The notes: generated by a model not told the origin, from the letters alone. Numbered from the stretch's first letter, positions 18,053 to 27,993 are shown. The stretch: 64,000 nucleotides of DNA from Candidatus Micrarchaeota archaeon (GCA_026414185.1 JAOAJL010000001.1:545-64544); one strand, 5' to 3'. Numbers and translations are program-made.

Positions 18053-19093
18053 TCAGGCAAGCTCTGCGACAAGCTTCTCAAGGTAATCTATCGTTTTTTC
18101 TATGTCTGATATGGCGCACACCGCGACGTTTGAGTGGACATAGCGGGTCGGCACGCAGATTGCAATTGAGGGTATCCCGCCCCGCTCTCCGTAGACGGAG
18201 GCGGCGTCGGTGGCTCCGCCTTCAATCACCTCAAGCTGAGTCGGAATCTTCGCCTTTTTTGAGACCGCCATGCAGGTCTTCGTGAGCTTTGAGTCTGCGA
18301 AATTGCCCCTTCCGCCAGCCTCAACCATGCATATGGCAGGACCCTTGCCGAGGCGCACGACGCCCTCGTCTTCCGCCATCTCAGGGTGGTCGCCTGCTAT
18401 TGAGGTGTCTATCGCTATGAATGTTGAGGGCTCAAGGTTGTAGGCTGCTATCATAGCTCCCTTTCCGAACGTTGAAACCTCCTCCTGCGCAGTCCCGACA
18501 AGCACCACGTTGCGGTTTTTCACCCTCTTGGCAAGCTCAAGAAGGACATAGCAGCCCACCCTGTCGTCAAGCGCCTTGCCGGTGACAAGCTTTCCGTTGA
18601 GCACCTTCGTGGAAACGTCAAAGGATATCGGGTCGCCTATCTTCACGCCCATCCTCTCCGCTTCCTTGCGGTCTTTTGCCCCTATGTCTATGAAAAGCGA
18701 CTTGTTGTCAATCGCAACCTTCATGTCCTCGGGCTTCTGCATGTGGGGCGGCTTGTTCCCAATTACCCCGTAAATCTTGCCTTTATCAGTCTGGATGACG
18801 ACCCGCTGGTTCACAAGGACGCGGTTGTCTATCCCGCCTATCTTCACAAAACGCAAAAAGCCCTTCTCATTTATGAATTTCACAAGCATCCCTATCTCGT
18901 CCATGTGCGCCCCGAGCATGAGGGGCTTTGGGCGGCAATGCGGGGCGCGGGCTATGACGTTGCCGAAGCGGTCTATCTCTGTCTTGTAGCCAAGCCTCTT
19001 GAAGCGCTCTGCCATAAGCGAGGCGATTTCTTTCTCATGACCCGGAACGCCGAATGACTCGGTAAGCCTGCAAAGAAGCTCCATATCAACCAT
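18053..19093 (-). CDS. M42-family (TET-like) aminopeptidase
   Basis: AHMDEIG, KALDDRVG, QEEV, GGATDA, PTRYVHS. Confidence 0.95.
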   Translation of the reverse strand: MVDMELLCRLTESFGVPGHEKEIASLMAERFKRLGYKTEIDRFGNVIARAPHCRPKPLMLGAHMDEIGMLVKFINEKGFLRFVKIGGIDNRVLVNQRVVIQTDKGKIYGVIGNKPPHMQKPEDMKVAIDNKSLFIDIGAKDRKEAERMGVKIGDPISFDVSTKVLNGKLVTGKALDDRVGCYVLLELAKRVKNRNVVLVGTAQEEVSTFGKGAMIAAYNLEPSTFIAIDTSIAGDHPEMAEDEGVVRLGKGPAICMVEAGGRGNFADSKLTKTCMAVSKKAKIPTQLEVIEGGATDAASVYGERGGIPSIAICVPTRYVHSNVAVCAISDIEKTIDYLEKLVAELA

Positions 19094-19156
19094 CACAACC
19101 ACCCCGAAGCGATGGAAAAACTCGGTTAAGGGTTAAAAAACAAAAGGACATGCAGG

Positions 19157-20023
19157 CTAAATGGAAAGCCTCAGCCCGTCTTCTGCGATGAGAGTGTCCT
19201 TGAACACCTCTTTTGCCTGCGCAAGAAGCTCCGATGCGTCGGCGTATCTTCCCGAGATGTGGGTGAGGAGAAGCTTTTTGCACCCTGCTTTTTTGGCAAT
19301 TTCCGCAGCCTGCCTTGCGGTGGAGTGCGCCGCCTCCGCCGCTTCCTGCGAATGCTGATGGGAGAATGTCGCCTCGTGGATGAGAAGGTCTGCGCCTTCT
19401 GCTGCCTTGATTGTCTCGGCGCATGGCGCGGCATCGCCCGAATAGACAATCTTCCTGCCGGGCTGGACGTAGGTTATGTCCTCAAGCCGCACTACCTTTC
19501 TTCCTACTCGGAGGCTGCCTTCGCGCATAATCTGCGAAAACATCTCGCCTCTCAGCCCCGCCCTTTTTGCCTTCTCCTCGTAAAAGCGGCGCTTCTCCTT
19601 TTCCTCAATTAAAAACCCGAAGCTCTCTTTGGAATGCTGCACCTTGAAGGAGCTCACCTGGAACTTGCCGAAATCCGCAAGAACCCCGTTTCCTGAAAAC
19701 TCAACTGGCTTTGCGAGCGTGCCCCTTCCAATCCTTGCGGCTATGCCGGGCGGACCGTAAACTGCAAGGGGCTCTGTGCGCTTGTTGAGGCGCATCGTCT
19801 CTGCGATGCCGAAAACGCCCAGATAGTGGTCAAGGTGTAGATGCGAGATGAAGATCGCCTTCAGCTTCATAAAGGAGATGCCAAAGCGCATCATCTGCCG
19901 CTGCGTCCCCTCGCCGCAGTCCAAAAGCAGAAGCTCGCCCTCATAGCGGACTGCGACGGATGGCAGGTTGCGATGCAAGGAAGGCGCGCCGGAGGATGAG
20001 CCAAGCACGGTTATTTCGAACAT
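19157..20023 (-). CDS. rnz: Ribonuclease Z
   Basis: DCGEGTQRQ, SHLHLDH, HEATF, HST, THISGRY. Confidence 0.96.
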   Translation of the reverse strand: MFEITVLGSSSGAPSLHRNLPSVAVRYEGELLLLDCGEGTQRQMMRFGISFMKLKAIFISHLHLDHYLGVFGIAETMRLNKRTEPLAVYGPPGIAARIGRGTLAKPVEFSGNGVLADFGKFQVSSFKVQHSKESFGFLIEEKEKRRFYEEKAKRAGLRGEMFSQIMREGSLRVGRKVVRLEDITYVQPGRKIVYSGDAAPCAETIKAAEGADLLIHEATFSHQHSQEAAEAAHSTARQAAEIAKKAGCKKLLLTHISGRYADASELLAQAKEVFKDTLIAEDGLRLSI

Positions 20024-20089
20024 GGGCAGATAAGGGAAAACGCCTGATTAAAATATTAGCGGTGCGGAAAAGGCGGGGCGGCAGGCTGC

Positions 20090-20818
20090 TTAGTCTCTGT
20101 TTTTGAGAAGGTAGGCGCCGGTTATCGCTATCACGATGACCAGCCCGAAGATGGAGATGAGGGGGTTTTGGCTGATGAACGAAAGCGCGTCCTTCGGATC
20201 GCCTTCCGGCTTGAGCGTGTCAAGAAAGTTCTCAGTGCCGCTGCCGTTTTCGGATGCGTTGAAAAAGACGGGTGGGGAAAATTGCACTGAGAGGTTGCCC
20301 TGCTGGCTTGTGGAATTTACGGCAAAGAGGGATTCTATTGACTTGGCTATGCTTTCCGCTTCTGTTGGCGGAGCCTCCTCAACCACTTCCGAAACCATCG
20401 TGATGGTGGCTTTTTGGGGATTCTCGGGAAGGGCGGAGGCAAGCACAGGGATGGTTGCCGAGAGGTTTGAGCTGTTTGCGCAGCCTGAGTTTTCAACGCG
20501 GCAGGCAAGAAAAACGGCGGCCTGCTTTGCCCTTGTTCCGTCCGGAAGCAGGAAAAACACCGTTGTGTTGTCTTGGGCTATCGCGCTGATTTTCACCCGC
20601 ACTGTTTTACCCTCAAGTCCGGAAAGGGCGGATGGCGGCACTGCCCAGCTTGCCTTTATGCTCCCCTGATACATCGTGCCGGGGATGAGCTCTGAAAAGC
20701 TTAGGTTGTATTCGTATTCCACAAGCTTCTGGAGAGGGGCGAGGGAAAGCTCCACGCTCTGGGTGAAGGAGATTGAAAGCAAGTATGCTAAAAGCGCACC
20801 CTGTGCGAAACTGGTCAT
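20090..20818 (-). CDS. Hypothetical exported protein with C-terminal TM anchor
   Basis: Hydrophobic N- and C-termini; several N-x-S/T sequons. Confidence 0.65.
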   Translation of the reverse strand: MTSFAQGALLAYLLSISFTQSVELSLAPLQKLVEYEYNLSFSELIPGTMYQGSIKASWAVPPSALSGLEGKTVRVKISAIAQDNTTVFFLLPDGTRAKQAAVFLACRVENSGCANSSNLSATIPVLASALPENPQKATITMVSEVVEEAPPTEAESIAKSIESLFAVNSTSQQGNLSVQFSPPVFFNASENGSGTENFLDTLKPEGDPKDALSFISQNPLISIFGLVIVIAITGAYLLKNRD

Positions 20819-20871
20819 GCAGGAAGAATCAGAGGGGAACTATTTAATTGTTGGTCATTTTGGGCAGGCGC

Positions 20872-22278
20872 CTAGCCAATGCGGCTGCTTTTGAGCCAGC
20901 CCACGCTGCTTTTGTAGAAGCTGCGTATGTCTTCCGTTTCGGTCATGAGCATAAGCGGCCTTTCAAGCGAAAGCCCCCACGCAAGAACTGGGTAGCGGTC
21001 GCATAGAGGGATGGACACCTCGGGGCGGAATATCCCTGCTCCCCCAAGCTCAATCCACTGCTGCTTTTTCTCAAAATAAGCCGCTATCTCAAGCGACGGC
21101 TCTGTATAGGGAAAGTATGATGGCTGGAAGCGGATTTTCTCAAAGCCAAGCCTTGAGTAAAAAGCCTTCAGGCATCCAAGCAAATCCCTAAATGTTGCCT
21201 TTTCCCAAACCACTATGCCTTCCACTTGGAAAAACTCCGCCAGGTGCTTGTAGTCCGTCGCTTCGTTGCGGAACACCTTGCCTATGCAGAAGTATTTTTT
21301 GGGGGTTTTGTTGCGGCAGTGGTTGTATAGGTAGGATGCCGAAACCGCTGTTGTGTGGGTGCGCAGGACTTTTTTCGCCGCCATCTGCTCGTCCCAATTT
21401 CCGCCCCAGCAGCTCTCGTGCACTTTTCTTACCCTCTCAACAAGCGCAGAATCGGCAGGCAGGCTGGAGGGGGACTTGAGGTAGAAGGTGTCTGCGAGGT
21501 CTCTGGCTGGGTGGTCCTGAGGCTGGAAAAGCGCGTCAAAATTCCAAAACGAGCTTTGTATCTCGGAGCCTTGCATCTCTTCAAACCCCATCTGCGCAAA
21601 AATCAGGCTTATCTTCCTTTTGAGCAGGGCGATCGGATGCCTTTTTGCCGGCGTTGGCACTTCCACGGGCGCCTGGATGTCGTAGGGGCGGAAGCTTGCC
21701 TGCCTCCATGAACCGGAAAGAAGCATTTCGCGGCTAAGCGCATTCACCCAATCCGCTTTGTCGTGCTCTGGCTGGACCGGGGTTGGCTCAATGTAGATTT
21801 CCTTGGAGGACAGGATGCGTATGAGCTTTCTTTTTGAAAGCACAGAAAGCGCGCTTTGGTCTGCGCTTTCTCCTCTCAGGATTGAAAGAAGGGCGGACTG
21901 CAGAGGGTATTCGCCTTCCGGCTCGCTTAGCACCGCAAGCTTGCCTGCCTCAATCTTCACCCATCCGTTTTTGGTTGCCCAGGCAATCCCAACCGCCCTC
22001 TCCTGCTCTGGGAGGAGGGAAAGCCCGCTTTTTTCCTTTGCGGCTTTGAGCACTTTCTGCTCCGGCAAGCCCTCCTCTGCGGCGCGCCTGCCCTCTGCGG
22101 TAAGCTCAGCCTTCTTGGTTTCTGAAAACACGACTGAGACATATCCTTTTTCCCTGAGGGACTGGACAAATGAAAGGACGGTGCTTTCAGGCAATCCTGC
22201 CTTGCTTGCAACCTCCTGCGCGCTCATCCTGCCTGAGAGGACAGAGAGAATTTTTGCCTCCGCCTGATGCAAAGCCAT
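20872..22278 (-). CDS. pheS: Phenylalanine--tRNA ligase alpha subunit (archaeal type)
   Basis: FWNFDALFQPQDHPAR, LRTHTT, FRNEATD..HLAEFFQVEG, YFPYTEPS. Confidence 0.98.
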   Translation of the reverse strand: MALHQAEAKILSVLSGRMSAQEVASKAGLPESTVLSFVQSLREKGYVSVVFSETKKAELTAEGRRAAEEGLPEQKVLKAAKEKSGLSLLPEQERAVGIAWATKNGWVKIEAGKLAVLSEPEGEYPLQSALLSILRGESADQSALSVLSKRKLIRILSSKEIYIEPTPVQPEHDKADWVNALSREMLLSGSWRQASFRPYDIQAPVEVPTPAKRHPIALLKRKISLIFAQMGFEEMQGSEIQSSFWNFDALFQPQDHPARDLADTFYLKSPSSLPADSALVERVRKVHESCWGGNWDEQMAAKKVLRTHTTAVSASYLYNHCRNKTPKKYFCIGKVFRNEATDYKHLAEFFQVEGIVVWEKATFRDLLGCLKAFYSRLGFEKIRFQPSYFPYTEPSLEIAAYFEKKQQWIELGGAGIFRPEVSIPLCDRYPVLAWGLSLERPLMLMTETEDIRSFYKSSVGWLKSSRIG

Positions 22279-22291
22279 CCGAACCGCCCGC

Positions 22292-23146
22292 TTACTTGCC
22301 TATTTTGTGCAGATAGTAAAGTGAAATTGCGGCCGCCGCCACTATGAAGGCGGCGGCTGGTCCCTCAGGTCCTGCGAAAAGCTGCACCATCCTTGCCTGC
22401 ATTTCGCGGAAGAAGTCAAGGACTTCCGATTCAAGCGGCGCTTCAATCTCGTAGGTGAACTCAAATTTCGGCAGCGTGTCGCCCTGCCATGTGAAAATGC
22501 GCTTGCTGCCGACGTAGAAGCGGAGGTTCGTATCCTGGTCGTAGCGGAAGGAGGACTCCGGCTCGTCAAGCAGGTTTGTCGGCAGGGTGGAGAAATATAT
22601 CTTCTCAGCCGCCTGCGGTATGGCTATGGATATGTTGGTTCCCTTCGGAAGCACCAGGTCCCCGCTTTTGGTCTGCTCAAATGATAGGGCGTTTTGGTTT
22701 ATTGAGTACCTTGCCGTGCGAGGCTTGTAGCGCTCCACCCTGACAAGCCCTGAGCCGTTCTGCGAGGCGGGCACGGAATAGTCAATGACCACCGTTGCAA
22801 AGCAGGTCCCCATGAACGAGTTGCACCGCTCTATCGCCTGAGGCAGTATGCGCAGCGAAACAATGTCCGCAGTTGCGCGGGAAACGTGATGGCGCATCTC
22901 CGAAAGGCCCGTCCTCTCCTTCCAGGTGGCAAGGTCTGAATAGGCAGAGCGCGTTGCCTCGTAAAGCGAGCGGCTGGAAGTGCCGTTTATGAGCATCACA
23001 AGCCTCTCCTCAGCGTTCACGCCGCCGTCGCGGTTGATGTTTATGAATACTGAAAGCGAGCGCATGGAAAATTCCGCCTGGGAAAGATTGCAAAGCAAAA
23101 TGGCGGCAAGAAAGAAAGCGGCGGCGCTCTTCGACGGCAAACTCAT
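22292..23146 (-). CDS. Hypothetical exported, membrane-anchored protein
   Basis: Signal peptide, beta-rich body, C-terminal TM. Confidence 0.7.
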   Translation of the reverse strand: MSLPSKSAAAFFLAAILLCNLSQAEFSMRSLSVFININRDGGVNAEERLVMLINGTSSRSLYEATRSAYSDLATWKERTGLSEMRHHVSRATADIVSLRILPQAIERCNSFMGTCFATVVIDYSVPASQNGSGLVRVERYKPRTARYSINQNALSFEQTKSGDLVLPKGTNISIAIPQAAEKIYFSTLPTNLLDEPESSFRYDQDTNLRFYVGSKRIFTWQGDTLPKFEFTYEIEAPLESEVLDFFREMQARMVQLFAGPEGPAAAFIVAAAAISLYYLHKIGK

Positions 23147-23198
23147 GGTTGGATTATGAGTAATATCTATATAAATGTGCGGAAATAAAGACGGGAAT

Positions 23199-23870
23199 AT
23201 GCGCTCCATTGTCTATCTTGGGCACAACTGCTTTCTTGTAAGGCTTGGGCAGATAGTCCTGCTCTTCAACCCAGTCGTGTCGGACTTCATAGGCGGCAAC
23301 AGGAGGCTTGAGAAGTCCGCCCTGCAGGTCCACAGCATAAGGGAGTGCGACCTAATCTTTGTTTCAAACGAGGAAGAGGACAACTGCGAGCCGCAGACCA
23401 TAAAGGAGATTTCTGAGCGGTGCTACTCTTATGTGATTGCGCCCAGACCGGCCCTTTCCAAGCTGGACATATCAGACCGCTTCAAGGTTGATGTAAAGGT
23501 GGGCGACAAGTTCAGCCTCAAGGGGATAGACATTGAGGTAGTAAAGGCGGTGCATCCGCAGTCGCAGTATTCTGTCGGCTTCATGGTGAGAGGAGAGGGC
23601 ATAGGCATTTACTACGCCGGCGACACCTACTCGTTCACCGATATGGGAAGGCTGCGCTGCGATGTGGCGATAGTGCCGATTGGAGGGGGCGCCACGATGG
23701 ATCCCTTTGCAGCAAACAGCATCATCAAGGAGATAAGGCCGAAAGTGGCTATTCCCATGCGCTACAACACCTATGAGAAGATAAAGCAGGATGTTTTGGA
23801 ATTTACTTCTGATTTGGGCGGGCTGACAAAGGGCGTCGCCCTGCGCATAGGGCAGGAGCTCAGGCTATAG
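23199..23870 (+). CDS. MBL-fold (UPF0173-like) protein with degenerate metal-binding motif
   Basis: YLGHNCF, YYAGDT, VPIGG..TM, AIPMRY; HxHxDH replaced by NEEEDN. Confidence 0.8.
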   Translation: MRSIVYLGHNCFLVRLGQIVLLFNPVVSDFIGGNRRLEKSALQVHSIRECDLIFVSNEEEDNCEPQTIKEISERCYSYVIAPRPALSKLDISDRFKVDVKVGDKFSLKGIDIEVVKAVHPQSQYSVGFMVRGEGIGIYYAGDTYSFTDMGRLRCDVAIVPIGGGATMDPFAANSIIKEIRPKVAIPMRYNTYEKIKQDVLEFTSDLGGLTKGVALRIGQELRL

Positions 23871-23883
23871 GAGGGTTGATAGG

Positions 23884-24315
23884 ATGATAACCGGCATAAA
23901 GATACAGAGCGCTGAGGCGAAGCACGAAAAGGACGAGGAGGTTTCCGGCTTGAACATCAACATAAGCATAGAAAGCGTCTCATCCAAAGGGGGGGAAACC
24001 ACGATTGCATTCAAGTATGTGGCAAGCTACCTTGAAGGTGTGGGGGAGCTGAAAATGGGCGGCTTGATAACGGCGAAGGAGGATGCCAAGCTGACCAGGG
24101 AGATTGTGGAGCGGTGGGAGAAGGAAAAGCGCCTTCCGGATGATTTTGCCGAGATTGTCCTTAATGCCATAAACTACGCCTGCGGAACAAACGGCGTGCT
24201 TGTGGCAAGGGCAGTCAATCTTTCCCCGCCGATTGTTCCGCCCAGAATCGAGCTTAGCCCGTCTGCCACAGGGCAGGCAGGGGGCGGCAAGGGCAAACAC
24301 CCGGACCTGCTTTAG
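23884..24315 (+). CDS. Conserved archaeal protein, SecB-like fold
   Basis: Beta-strand N-half, W..KRLP...IVLNAI helix, NLSPPI.PP C-terminus. Confidence 0.55.
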   Translation: MITGIKIQSAEAKHEKDEEVSGLNINISIESVSSKGGETTIAFKYVASYLEGVGELKMGGLITAKEDAKLTREIVERWEKEKRLPDDFAEIVLNAINYACGTNGVLVARAVNLSPPIVPPRIELSPSATGQAGGGKGKHPDLL

Positions 24316-24327
24316 CTGCTTTTTTGC

Positions 24328-26070
24328 TCAAAGCCTTCCGCTGCCGGCGGAAAAAGCCCTTATTGCTGAGACGAGGCTTTTTGCCATGAACGCAAAGGAA
24401 GGCAGGATGAGTATCACCGCAAGGGAGCTTGGCGCAAAGGAGTAGGCAAAAAGGTAGATCGCGCATAGAAAAAGAAAAAGCGCTGAGGAGGCAAGATGCC
24501 CCGCAGGCACATACCGCCAGCCAGAGCTTGAGCGGTCAAGCATTTTCAGCAAGGAGGCGGTTGCTGATTTGAGGTTGACAAGAAAAAGCGCTGAGGAGGC
24601 AAAGAAGCTGATGAAGAAAAAGACAAAAAGGGGGCGCAGAAGCGCCCATGCGGGGTTTGCCGAGAAGAAAACTGCGAGGTAGAAAAGAAAAGAGGCGGCT
24701 GCGAATATCACGCTGTTTTTTGAAGTCAGCGCAAGCTGCTCGCGCGCGGAAAGCTGCTCATGGGGCTGCGAAATTGAGGGAAGCCTCTCAACCACGTGGT
24801 AGTAGCGGGAGGACTCGGAAATCGCCCTGCGGATGCCCATTGTCGTGGAGCGCATGAGGCGCATGTTCTTGACAAGGAAGGCAGGGGCGGCGCTTTGTAA
24901 CAGGTTGTAAAGCTCGTTTTCCCGGTTCAAAAGCCAGGCGGAAGCAAACGAGGAGATGATTATGGCAAAGGCGAAGTTGCTCAGGATTTCGGCGGGCAAA
25001 ATCCCAAGCGAAGTTGCCTTGCTTACGATGAGAAGCGAAAGCTCGGACATTGCAACGAGCACCGAGGCGCAAAAAAGCGCGGAGCGGCCTGAGAAGCCGG
25101 CAAAGTAGGAGGAGATGCCCGAGGCGACAAACCCAACTGGCATTGCCAAGCCTATGAAAATCAGCAAGATGTGGGGGTGGGCGATGACCGAATGCGCATT
25201 GACTACAAGCCCGATGGAAAAGAAGAAAAAGGCGGCAAAAAGCGAGTTGAAAGGCTTTACCTTATCCTCAATCTTACGCGAATGCGGCGAGCCGGCGATG
25301 GTGCTTCCGGCAAGGAAAGCCCCTATGGAAAATGAAAGTCCGATCGCCTCCGAAAGATAGCCGATGACGAGGACGAGGCTGACTGTGGAGAGGATGAGAA
25401 GCTCGTCTGAGTGCGCAACCAGGCTCAGGAAGCGGCTTATCAGGCGGGAGAGGATGATGTAGGCAAAGATGAATGTCAGGACCACGCGCAGGAGGGAAAT
25501 TGCAAACGAGTATTCGCTTAGCTGGGACGAGGAGGGGGAGATTAGCCCGAGGAAGAAAACGGCAAGCAAATCCTCAATTATCAGTATTGAAACTATGAAT
25601 GGCACCTCGGGCCTGCGGATTTTTCCTGATGCCTCCAGCAGGCGTATTATGACTGGCGTGGATGAGAAAGAAAGCGAGACGGCTACAAGGGCGGAAGCCT
25701 GCGCTGAAAAGCCAAGCATGGCAAAGGCTGAATATGCCGCCAAATAGGCTATGCCAATCTTGAGCACTGCGGCAAGGAAGGTGAACGCCCCAAGCTGCGA
25801 AAGCTTGACTATGGAGAACTCAAGACCTATGCCGAAAAGGATGAAGGCTGCGCCTATTACCGCAAACACCTCCACCAGCGAGGGGTCTTCAATTATTATG
25901 TTGGAAAAGCGGATTCCGAAAAGCTCCAAGCCGACAAGGGGGGAGAAAGGCCCGATGAGCATCCCTGCGGCAAGCATGCCGAGGATTGATGGGAGCCGTA
26001 GCCTGTCAAAGATGAGGGCTGAAAGCATGATGACTGAAACGGCTATCCCAACCGCAAATGCCGGCTCCAT
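24328..26070 (-). CDS. CPA2-family cation:proton antiporter (KefB-like TM domain)
   Basis: LFGIGLEFS, SSTPVI, LIIEDL, GAFLAG, FFFSIG, SELS. Confidence 0.9.
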   Translation of the reverse strand: MEPAFAVGIAVSVIMLSALIFDRLRLPSILGMLAAGMLIGPFSPLVGLELFGIRFSNIIIEDPSLVEVFAVIGAAFILFGIGLEFSIVKLSQLGAFTFLAAVLKIGIAYLAAYSAFAMLGFSAQASALVAVSLSFSSTPVIIRLLEASGKIRRPEVPFIVSILIIEDLLAVFFLGLISPSSSQLSEYSFAISLLRVVLTFIFAYIILSRLISRFLSLVAHSDELLILSTVSLVLVIGYLSEAIGLSFSIGAFLAGSTIAGSPHSRKIEDKVKPFNSLFAAFFFFSIGLVVNAHSVIAHPHILLIFIGLAMPVGFVASGISSYFAGFSGRSALFCASVLVAMSELSLLIVSKATSLGILPAEILSNFAFAIIISSFASAWLLNRENELYNLLQSAAPAFLVKNMRLMRSTTMGIRRAISESSRYYHVVERLPSISQPHEQLSAREQLALTSKNSVIFAAASFLFYLAVFFSANPAWALLRPLFVFFFISFFASSALFLVNLKSATASLLKMLDRSSSGWRYVPAGHLASSALFLFLCAIYLFAYSFAPSSLAVILILPSFAFMAKSLVSAIRAFSAGSGRL

Positions 26071-26113
26071 GCGCAAAGCTGTTCAAACTAAATTTAAAAA
26101 GAAATTGAGGGCT

Positions 26114-26443
26114 TCAGCAGTCTATGGTGGTGCCGGCGATTATTGAGAGGACCGCAGGGGCGATTGTTGAGATGAGAAGCCCGACAAGGGCGCCTGTCAG
26201 GCACGAGGTTGACCACACGTTCGCCCTTGCCCTCGTCTCTGCGCCCATCATCTGACCAACGGCGTAGATGACTGCCGAGAGAAGCACCATGAGCATCGCG
26301 GCGATTGGAACAAGATCGCGCAGCGCCTCGCAAAGCTGGCTAAGCGCGTTTTTCAGCATTGAAGTCGGGTCTGCCGCAAAGGCAAAATTGACGATGAAAA
26401 GCAAAAAGACCCAAGAGGTTATGATTTTTCTGAGGCTGCCCAT
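26114..26443 (-). CDS. TrbC/VirB2-like pilin (signal peptide plus helical hairpin)
   Basis: AFA|A signal cleavage; two hydrophobic helices around a charged ETRARA linker; terminal AP motif. Confidence 0.6.
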   Translation of the reverse strand: MGSLRKIITSWVFLLFIVNFAFAADPTSMLKNALSQLCEALRDLVPIAAMLMVLLSAVIYAVGQMMGAETRARANVWSTSCLTGALVGLLISTIAPAVLSIIAGTTIDC

Positions 26444-26513
26444 ATGCTGCACCTTGCCACTTATAGCAGAAAAACAGTTTTTAAAGGTAGGGTTTGGTGG
26501 TATTGACGGTTTT

Positions 26514-27290
26514 ATGAAAATCCGCCTTGATGTCCGCAAAAGCGCCCAGCAGAACGCTTCTGACTATTATCAGAAGGCAAAGGAGCTTGCAAGGAAGGAG
26601 GAGGGCGCACGGCAGGCGCTTTCCAAGACGAAAGATGAGATTGAGCAGGCGCGCGTGCGGCAGCTTGAGGCGGCTGCCGCCTCCAGACCGCCAAGCATGA
26701 AGCGGAAGCGTGAGTGGTTTGAGAAATTCCGCTGGTTTTTCACCTCTGGCGGAAGGCTTGTTCTGGCAGGCAGGGACGCCAGGCAAAATGATTTGCTTGT
26801 TGCCAAGAGGATGACTGACGCAGACCTGTTTTTCCACGCCGACATACAGGGTGCGGCGGCGACCGTTTTGGTCGGGGGTAAATCTGCCTCGCGGCAGGAG
26901 ATGCTTGAGGCGGCGCAGTTTGCGGCATCGCATTCCTCTGCGTGGAAGGCAGGCGCTGCCGCAGTTGACGTGTATGCTGTTGAAAAGGGGCAGCTTGGGA
27001 AGCATGCCCAGGGCGGCTTTGTCGGCGCAGGGGCATTTACTATAAGCGGGACGCGCAATTGGTTCAGGGGAACGGCGCTTGGCTTGGCGATGGGGGTTGA
27101 GGGCGGAAGAGCATTCTGCCTTCCCAGCTGCCACCTGCAAGCCGGCGGTTGCAGCGTCTTCCTCTCCCCCTCCGGGAATATTGAAAAGGGCGAGGCTGCG
27201 AAGATAATCGCGGGCATCCTGAAATGCGGAATTGACGATGTGCTGCTTGCCCTTCCCTCTGGCAAGTTCTCCATAAGGGAGAGGAAATGA
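26514..27290 (+). CDS. NFACT-R (DUF814) RNA-binding protein, truncated Rqc2/NEMF homolog
   Basis: SAQQNASDYYQKAK, WFEKFRWFFTSGG.LV.AGRDA.QND, FFHADIQGA, GAF.I.G.RN. Confidence 0.88.
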   Translation: MKIRLDVRKSAQQNASDYYQKAKELARKEEGARQALSKTKDEIEQARVRQLEAAAASRPPSMKRKREWFEKFRWFFTSGGRLVLAGRDARQNDLLVAKRMTDADLFFHADIQGAAATVLVGGKSASRQEMLEAAQFAASHSSAWKAGAAAVDVYAVEKGQLGKHAQGGFVGAGAFTISGTRNWFRGTALGLAMGVEGGRAFCLPSCHLQAGGCSVFLSPSGNIEKGEAAKIIAGILKCGIDDVLLALPSGKFSIRERK

Positions 27291-27937
27291 AACGTTCGGC
27301 AAGGATTTTGGCGCTCATTGCGAAATACAGGGTAAAAAAGCGCGAAATCGCGGCGCGCCTTAGGCATTTCAGGATGGCTGGGCGGGCTTCAAACAGGGCG
27401 CTTTTTGAGGAGCTGGCGTTTTGCCTTTTGACCCCGCAGAGCAAGGCTTTTTCGTGCGACGAGGCTGTAGGAGAGCTGAAAAGAACCGGGCTTTTGTTCC
27501 GCGGCACGGCAAAAAAGATAGGCAGGCTCCTTTCAAAAAAGGTCCGCTTCCACAACAAGAAGGCGGAATATCTCGTGGAGGCGCGCAGGAAGTTCGGCAA
27601 GGGCGGCTTTGCGTTGTTGAGGGACATCACCTTTGGCGCAAGCGAAACCCGCGCCCGCATGCGCCTTGTGCGCGAGGTAAAGGGGATGGGGATGAAAGAG
27701 GCAAGCCACTACCTGCGCAACGTCGGGCGTGGCAGGAGAATCGCCATCCTTGACAGGCACATAATCAAAAATCTGGCAAGATACGGGGCAATAAGGCGGG
27801 TGCCGAAAAGCCTGACGCAAAAAGGATACCTTCAGATAGAGAGGAGGATGGCTTGCTTTTGCAGGAAGATCGGCATCCCCCTTGCGCATCTTGACCTTCT
27901 TTTCTGGGCCGAGGAGACGGGAAGAGTGTTCAAATAG
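27287..27937 (+). CDS. ogg: 8-oxoguanine DNA glycosylase/AP lyase (Ogg2 type)
   Basis: ELAFCLLTPQS, RFHNKKA, VKGMGMKEASHYLRNVG, AILDRHI. Confidence 0.93.
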   Translation: MKRSARILALIAKYRVKKREIAARLRHFRMAGRASNRALFEELAFCLLTPQSKAFSCDEAVGELKRTGLLFRGTAKKIGRLLSKKVRFHNKKAEYLVEARRKFGKGGFALLRDITFGASETRARMRLVREVKGMGMKEASHYLRNVGRGRRIAILDRHIIKNLARYGAIRRVPKSLTQKGYLQIERRMACFCRKIGIPLAHLDLLFWAEETGRVFK

Positions 27938-27979
27938 GGGCTTGCAGAGGCGCTGGCTTAGCCCAATGCTATATAAATT

Positions 27980-27993
27980 TTAACAATTGTTAA
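27980..27993. promoter_or_regulatory. Perfect 14-bp palindrome TTAACAATTGTTAA, candidate operator of the regulator-SUF operon
   Basis: Directly downstream of the TATA box TATATAAA (27970-27977) and 22 bp before the ATG. Confidence 0.7.
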
